Assembly: GCA_964013405.1 (NCBI GenBank)
Contig: CAXGWI010000002.1
Span: 1 to 64,000 of the forward strand
Source: an uncultured Myxococcales bacterium
Lineage (GTDB): Bacteria > Myxococcota > UBA4151
DNA length: 64,000 nucleotides
Direction: 5' to 3'
Below are positions 58,618 to 64,000 of this stretch, piece by piece. The position numbers and the translations under genes are program-made. The notes beneath the pieces are model-generated. The model made no database searches. It saw nothing but the letters and a program-made list of their open reading frames with translations, and was not told the DNA's origin. Positions within the stretch are counted from its first letter, which is position 1, and every line of letters begins with the position of its first letter.

Positions 58618-60867
58618 TTAAGGGGCCGAGTCCAGAGACTGGCGTAGCTGGCTCTGAAGGGCTTTGGGGTCGGCACCGCCCCGGGCAGCTCGCATGCAGG
58701 CGCCCATAAAGAAGCCAAAGAGTTGCTTTTCGCCGCTTCGGTAACGGTCCCGTTCCGCGGGGTGTTGGTCGATGACTTCACCGATTAATGCCTCAAGGTC
58801 GAGGCTGGTCTGTTCGGCCAGTCCGAGGGCTTTAGCGGCGGCCTTGGGCCCGCAGTTTTCCTTGAGCATGGTCTCGAGCACAACACTGCGTTGGTTTCGT
58901 TGTAGACCCTTCTGATCTTCCATTTCCAGGAGCTCGGTGATCTGCTGAATCGGGGGGCGCTGGTCTCCGGATAGGTCGTTCAGGATGAGGCTGGCGAGGG
59001 GCCGAGGGGCCGCACCGGCGTTCAGGCCGCTTTGGAAGTAAGCGTCTGTCGCTTCGTCTCGGGTCAGCCGCTCGGCATCCTGCAAGGGCAGGCCCAAGCG
59101 TTCCTGCAATTCGGTCATGCGAGTTTGCAGGGCTTCACTTCGCTCAGCGGGCTGGACCCGGGTCTGCGAGCTTGAGGCTGGCTTTGCTTGCGCTTTAGGC
59201 TGGGCCGGCTGGGGGGTTGTTTGTTTCTTCGTCCAGCCGTCTCTTAATTCAACGATCCGGACGAAGATCGGCTGACCGGACGGGCTGGTTTGCTCGTCCT
59301 TCATGAAATAGCCTTGGCGCTCGAACTGGAAGCGGGTCCCTGGATCAGAGGCCCCAAGCCAGGGCTCCATGCGTGCCCCTTCGATGGTGCGCAGACTGTC
59401 TGGATTCAGCTCATCCAGCCAATCAACGCCATCGGTCGTGCCGGGTTGCGGACTGCGGAAGAGTCGGTCCACCAAGTGCAGCTCCACTGGCAGACTGTGG
59501 GGCGTACTCAACCAGTGAATCGTCCCCTTGGGTCTGGCCTCATCATCGCTCAGGAGGCTGCAATCGAGGCCAGAAACCTCACCGTCTTCGGACCGTCTCA
59601 CTTGGTCGCAGCGGATCACGCCTCCGTGGCGAAGCCGCACAACGCCGCCCGGCGTGAGTCGCTTAAAGCCTTTCGGTGGGGTTTCTTCGAAGTCGGAGCG
59701 ATCGATCAGAAGTTCCCGACTGAGCGGAAGGGGCCGCGTGCCCTCTCGGGGGACATCGTGGGGCCAGAGGTCCGCGTCAAGCCACCGGACTTCGTCTTCG
59801 GGAAGATTCGTCAGCGTCACCGGGAGCGGATCCTGGACGACCAAGACCCGAGCTGCTTCATGATTTAACGTCTCACGGATATGAAAATCCAACAGGGCCG
59901 GACTGGTGAGCGCGTTCGACTTCGTCACACCTACATCCAGACAGAAACGTTGAATCGCCTCAGGGGGCACCCCGCGACGCCGTAGACCGGCCAAAGTCGG
60001 CATGCGGGGGTCGTCCCAGCCGCTGACTTCTCCTTGTTCGACCAACTGTAAAAGCCAGCGCTTGCTCATCACCGTATGGCTCAGATCCAGTCGGCTCATC
60101 TCGTACTGGTGGGGGCGATAGGGCACGGGAAGGTTGTCGAGGAACCAGTCATAAAGGGCCCGGTTGTTGTCGAACTCAAGAGTGCAGACGCTGTGCGTGA
60201 TGCCCTCAATCGCGTCCTCAAGGCAGTGCGCGTAGTCGTACATGGGGTAGATGCACCAGGCATCGCCCGTGCGGTGGTGAGGGGCTTTACGGATGCGGTA
60301 GATCAGGGGATCTCGCATGAGGATATTCGGGTGGGCCATATCGATTTTTGCCCGCAGCACCATGGCGCCGTCCTCGAAATCGCCAGCTCGCATGGCTTCA
60401 AGGAGCCGGCGACTTTCGGCCCCAGGGCGGTCTCGATAGGGACTCGGTGTGCCTGGCTCCTGCGCACTGCCTCGGTTGGCGCGGATCGCTTCCACATCTT
60501 GCTCATCCACATAGGCTTTCCCCGCATCGATCAGATGCAAGGCCCAGGCATAAAACTGCTCGAAGTAGTCGGAGGCGAAACGGACCTCGCCATCCCAGGT
60601 AAAGCCAAGCCATCGAATGTCCGCCTGAATGGACTCAACGTACTCCGTGTCTTCTGTGGTCGGGTTGGTGTCATCGAAGCGGAGATTGCATTTGCCGCCG
60701 TATTGGGCGGCCAGACCAAAGTTCAAGCAGATGGACTTCGCGTGGCCGATATGGAGGTAGCCGTTGGGTTCCGGAGGAAACCGCGTGTGCACCCTTCCCC
60801 CGTGCTTGTCGGCAGCTAGATCCCCATCGATGATCTCGGTGACGAAGTTTTTAAGGCGGTCGCTCAC
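58618..60867 (-). CDS. glnS: Glutamine--tRNA ligase with C-terminal GatB/Yqey domain
   Basis: TRFPPEPNGYLHIGH, VMSKR, WDDPRMPT and FQFERQGYF; tail YRSGEKQLFGFFMG..GADP. Confidence 0.96.
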   Translation of the reverse strand: MSDRLKNFVTEIIDGDLAADKHGGRVHTRFPPEPNGYLHIGHAKSICLNFGLAAQYGGKCNLRFDDTNPTTEDTEYVESIQADIRWLGFTWDGEVRFASDYFEQFYAWALHLIDAGKAYVDEQDVEAIRANRGSAQEPGTPSPYRDRPGAESRRLLEAMRAGDFEDGAMVLRAKIDMAHPNILMRDPLIYRIRKAPHHRTGDAWCIYPMYDYAHCLEDAIEGITHSVCTLEFDNNRALYDWFLDNLPVPYRPHQYEMSRLDLSHTVMSKRWLLQLVEQGEVSGWDDPRMPTLAGLRRRGVPPEAIQRFCLDVGVTKSNALTSPALLDFHIRETLNHEAARVLVVQDPLPVTLTNLPEDEVRWLDADLWPHDVPREGTRPLPLSRELLIDRSDFEETPPKGFKRLTPGGVVRLRHGGVIRCDQVRRSEDGEVSGLDCSLLSDDEARPKGTIHWLSTPHSLPVELHLVDRLFRSPQPGTTDGVDWLDELNPDSLRTIEGARMEPWLGASDPGTRFQFERQGYFMKDEQTSPSGQPIFVRIVELRDGWTKKQTTPQPAQPKAQAKPASSSQTRVQPAERSEALQTRMTELQERLGLPLQDAERLTRDEATDAYFQSGLNAGAAPRPLASLILNDLSGDQRPPIQQITELLEMEDQKGLQRNQRSVVLETMLKENCGPKAAAKALGLAEQTSLDLEALIGEVIDQHPAERDRYRSGEKQLFGFFMGACMRAARGGADPKALQSQLRQSLDSAP

Positions 60868-60922
60868 GGGCTCAACTCCTGGCCTGTCTTAGGGCAGGGA
60901 GCCGGGGGTTTCCAGAGCGGAG

Positions 60923-62098
60923 TCATCGTCCTGTGCGCAGGTCTTTGAGATGCTGTTGGGTCTGGAAAAAGGTCAAAACCTTCGGTGCGATCCGGCGCAC
61001 GGCCGCAGGATCGGTACGGGCCAAAGCGAAAGCTTCGGCAAATCGCTCGTCGAGGGATAGGCCCGCATATCGGGTGACAGGTAGGGCGCCGGCCGTTTGC
61101 TGTTCAAAACGGGAGCGTACCGGCCCCATATGCCGGTCCGCTTTGGCTTGGGCCCGGGCCTGGTTGTAGCTGGCGATCCGTTGGGAGACGGATTGGACAT
61201 GGGCCCGTAAACGCTCGGCATCCTCTTGCCGTAACGTGGGGTCTTTCTGGTCGACCCGACGGTTATAAGCGTCGGTGGCGGCGTTTGCTTCGCGGCGCAG
61301 GCGCTCAATGATCCGCTCCTCCTTGTCCAGGGCGCAACTGGTCGACTTGTAGGCAGCGTTTGCGATGGCATGACCGATTTCGTGTAGGAGCCCGTATTCG
61401 GCCATCGAGATGGGTGCTTCGGGGTCACCGGTAAAGACACTTGGCCGACCCTCAAAAAGGGTATCGAAGACGCGGACGTGGCTACGACAACCCTTGGAAA
61501 CATGAAGGGCTGCGTTGTGGGCTCCTTGTTCACCCACACGGTGGCGAACGAAGGAGAGATTGCTGATGAGTCGGCGTTCGCCTTCGGTCAGGCGAGCCAA
61601 GGCTGAGTGCAGGAGGGCCCGCTCTTTCGCTGACCATGCTCGGTCCCCGTCGACGGCGACCGGTTGCCGGGCACCCGTAAGGTGACGGTGTTGAAACGAA
61701 TGCCTTTGTCGGGGGTTGTAGATCAGGACGATCCGGTCATCCGGCTCGTGGAGAATCGTGGCGAAGTGTGGTGGGGATTTCGGCCGGGATCGGGGGATGA
61801 CGAGATCGGCCTCACTCCCCCTTTGGTCCCGTTTGAGGGCGATATAGAGTGCGATCAGTCCAGGTCGCGGCAGGCCGGCCAGGCGCTGGCTGTCGAGGCT
61901 GACGACACGGTTCGTGCTCGTGGTGCGCCAGTATAGTCTCTGGCCCGCCTTCGACTTCTCGATGGCTGCGAGCAATGTCTTGATGCTTGCGTCCTGGTGC
62001 CCTTGGAGTTCGATTTTGGTGCGCTCGTAAAATGGTTCGGCACCCAGTGGTGTGCCCAGGAGGAGGGCAAACAGACTGGGGATTGAGCACATGGCCAT
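60923..62098 (-). CDS. Secreted hypothetical protein with HExxH zinc-metalloprotease motif
   Basis: N-terminal hydrophobic signal; LLHEIGH and downstream YA...ERFAEAF. Confidence 0.65.
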   Translation of the reverse strand: MAMCSIPSLFALLLGTPLGAEPFYERTKIELQGHQDASIKTLLAAIEKSKAGQRLYWRTTSTNRVVSLDSQRLAGLPRPGLIALYIALKRDQRGSEADLVIPRSRPKSPPHFATILHEPDDRIVLIYNPRQRHSFQHRHLTGARQPVAVDGDRAWSAKERALLHSALARLTEGERRLISNLSFVRHRVGEQGAHNAALHVSKGCRSHVRVFDTLFEGRPSVFTGDPEAPISMAEYGLLHEIGHAIANAAYKSTSCALDKEERIIERLRREANAATDAYNRRVDQKDPTLRQEDAERLRAHVQSVSQRIASYNQARAQAKADRHMGPVRSRFEQQTAGALPVTRYAGLSLDERFAEAFALARTDPAAVRRIAPKVLTFFQTQQHLKDLRTGR

Positions 62099-62121
62099 GG
62101 TGGGAGCATCCCGATCTGCGA

Positions 62122-64000
62122 TTAGGCCTCGAGGGGTTCTAGGGGCGCTTCGGCGGGGCTTGTCTCATCGGTGGCCCCCTGACCAAGCATGGCCTTTATA
62201 TCTTCGATGACGAGGTAACAGCAGGGCACGATCGTCAGGATGAAAATGGTTGCGAAAGCGACGCCAAAGGCGAGACTCACGGCCATCGGGATCAAGAACC
62301 GAGCCTGAAGGCTGGTTTCAGTGATCATTGGCGCCAGCCCGAAGAAGGTGGTGAGGCTGGTCAAAAGGATCGGCCGGAATCGGCGCACCGCACCGACCGT
62401 TGCCGCGTGGCCAAGGGTATGCCCCTCTTTTCGATAGTCATTGATAAAGGCGACCAGGACCAGTGAGTCATTCACCACCACACCGGTCACCGCCAACAGG
62501 CCCATCATGGAGAGGATGGTGAGGGGCATGCCAAGGAGTGCATGACCCCAGACCGCACCGAGGATACCGAAGGGAATGGCGCTCATCACCGCGAAGGGTT
62601 GGAAGTAGGACTTAAAGGGAATCGCCACCAAGACATAGATGCACAACAGCGCAAAGAGAAAGCCGGTAAAGAGGGACGACATCGACTCATTGTGCTCCTT
62701 GCGTTCCCCACCAAAGCGATAGTTGAGGCCAGGGACATCGGCGAGGATGGCCGGAAGAATCTTTTCACGCAGGGCCTTGTTCACCGTTTGGGGGTCTGTC
62801 AGCGCGTCATCGACCTTGGCTTCGACGGTGAGGGTCCGCTTGCTGTCGACCCGTCGAACGGCTTTCGCCGAGCCGGCCATGGTGATCTCCGCCGCGTCCC
62901 CTAGACGCATCTCACCGCCGGTCGGCGTGCGGATCATCAGGGCTTCGAGATCAGCGAGATGACTGCGTTGCTCCCGTGGCAACGTCACCATCACTCGGAC
63001 TTCATCTCGCCCAACTTGTTGGCGTTGGGCCTCCATGCCAAAGAAGGCGCCTCGGACCTGCATGGCTAAATCCCGCTCGGTAAGGCCTAGAGAACGGGCG
63101 CCAGGCTTCAAGGAGATATTGAGCTCGGGTTTGCCCACATCGCGGCCATCTTCGATATCGACCACACCGGCCAGGCCTTTGAGTTCGGTTGCGAGAAGAT
63201 CGCTCGCTCGCTCTAATTCACCGCGGTCCGTATGGGCAAACTCAACGGAGATGGCGGCGCCGAACTGGGGGCCGATATTGCTGCGGAAGTCGATCACATT
63301 GAGGCCGGCGGGCTCACCGATCGAGGCTCGCCAGCGGGCCTCGAACTCTTTCATTGAGAAGCTGCGGGCTTCACCGGGGACAAACTTCAGTCGGGCCGAG
63401 GCGAGGTGGGCGGCTGCGGAAGAGATATCCACGCCGGGACGCTCTCGTAAACTCGAGCCCATGCGCGCATACACGCCGATCAATGGGCTTTTCGGAGGGC
63501 AGTCGGGACCATCGCAGGCCGCTGTATTTTGCCAAAGGGGGTCCTCAGCCTGTAGTTCTGCAGCGATCGCCTTCGCCTGGGTCATCACGTGTTCCAGAAC
63601 CGCTTCTGTTTGTTTCGGTGATACACCCTCGATCATCTCGATGTTCGCATCGATGCGATCTGCTTCGATCTCACTAAAGAACTTGAACTTGATATGCCCA
63701 CCGGCCACCGCAGCGCCGGTTAACACCAGACAACTGATCGCCAAGGCGATGGTGAGGTAGCGTTGCCGGGTGCACCAGCCGATCAGAGGCTGGAGGAAGT
63801 TGGCGAGAAACCATTGCAAGCCGCCGTCCACTTTGCCCTGCACCCAGCGAAAGGGCGCAAGCCAGGCCCGTTCGGGAAACTCATGACTCAAGTGTGCGGG
63901 CAAGATGAACAAAGACTCGACCAGGGACATCGCCAAAACAGCGATCACGACGATGGGAATGACGTTCATGAATCGCCCCATCATCCCGCCCATGAAAAGC
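62122..64000 (-). CDS. AcrB-family RND efflux permease, 5'-partial
   Basis: GVVVNDSLVL, RFRPILLTSLTT and PMAVSLAFG motifs; runs off the window end. Confidence 0.93.
   Translation of the reverse strand, partial: LFMGGMMGRFMNVIPIVVIAVLAMSLVESLFILPAHLSHEFPERAWLAPFRWVQGKVDGGLQWFLANFLQPLIGWCTRQRYLTIALAISCLVLTGAAVAGGHIKFKFFSEIEADRIDANIEMIEGVSPKQTEAVLEHVMTQAKAIAAELQAEDPLWQNTAACDGPDCPPKSPLIGVYARMGSSLRERPGVDISSAAAHLASARLKFVPGEARSFSMKEFEARWRASIGEPAGLNVIDFRSNIGPQFGAAISVEFAHTDRGELERASDLLATELKGLAGVVDIEDGRDVGKPELNISLKPGARSLGLTERDLAMQVRGAFFGMEAQRQQVGRDEVRVMVTLPREQRSHLADLEALMIRTPTGGEMRLGDAAEITMAGSAKAVRRVDSKRTLTVEAKVDDALTDPQTVNKALREKILPAILADVPGLNYRFGGERKEHNESMSSLFTGFLFALLCIYVLVAIPFKSYFQPFAVMSAIPFGILGAVWGHALLGMPLTILSMMGLLAVTGVVVNDSLVLVAFINDYRKEGHTLGHAATVGAVRRFRPILLTSLTTFFGLAPMITETSLQARFLIPMAVSLAFGVAFATIFILTIVPCCYLVIEDIKAMLGQGATDETSPAEAPLEPLEA

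Noticed and set aside
1..64000. tRNA, rRNA, IS elements or prophage
   Set aside because: No cloverleaf/T-loop signatures, rRNA-like tracts, transposases, integrases or phage structural genes recognised by eye; a tRNAscan/Rfam run would be needed to be certain.

Overview
A 64-kb, GC-rich (roughly 60% by eye) bacterial chromosome segment with about 50 densely packed genes. The many Cys-rich lipoproteins with Myxococcus-type CGDG..CDDGN repeats and Asp-Ala-Gly linkers suggest a Myxococcota-like organism (inference). Housekeeping genes include murB, fumC, yaaA, sufE, ltaE, glnS with a Yqey tail, a phoB/phoR-like pair and an SbcD/SbcC-like pair. I found no rRNA, tRNA, CRISPR array, integrase or transposase. 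Most notable: (1) a tightly coupled cryptic lipid-biosynthesis operon (lipoprotein, MMPL transporter, desaturase, His-rich membrane protein, StlD/DarB-type ketosynthase, heme-oxygenase-like diiron enzyme, DUF6999-like protein) with no DarA cyclase or ACP; (2) one ORF that reads as three genes fused in frame, with an internal RBS/ATG and an internal lipobox; (3) four lipid-anchored Cys-repeat 'stalk' proteins with different tip domains (lamin-tail, two C-type lectins, fibrinogen-like); (4) several deletion scars (truncated thrC, a 2Fe-2S subunit remnant coupled to sbcD); (5) a fumC that looks Rhodobacteraceae-like. Family assignments come from recognising motifs by eye; no database searches were run.
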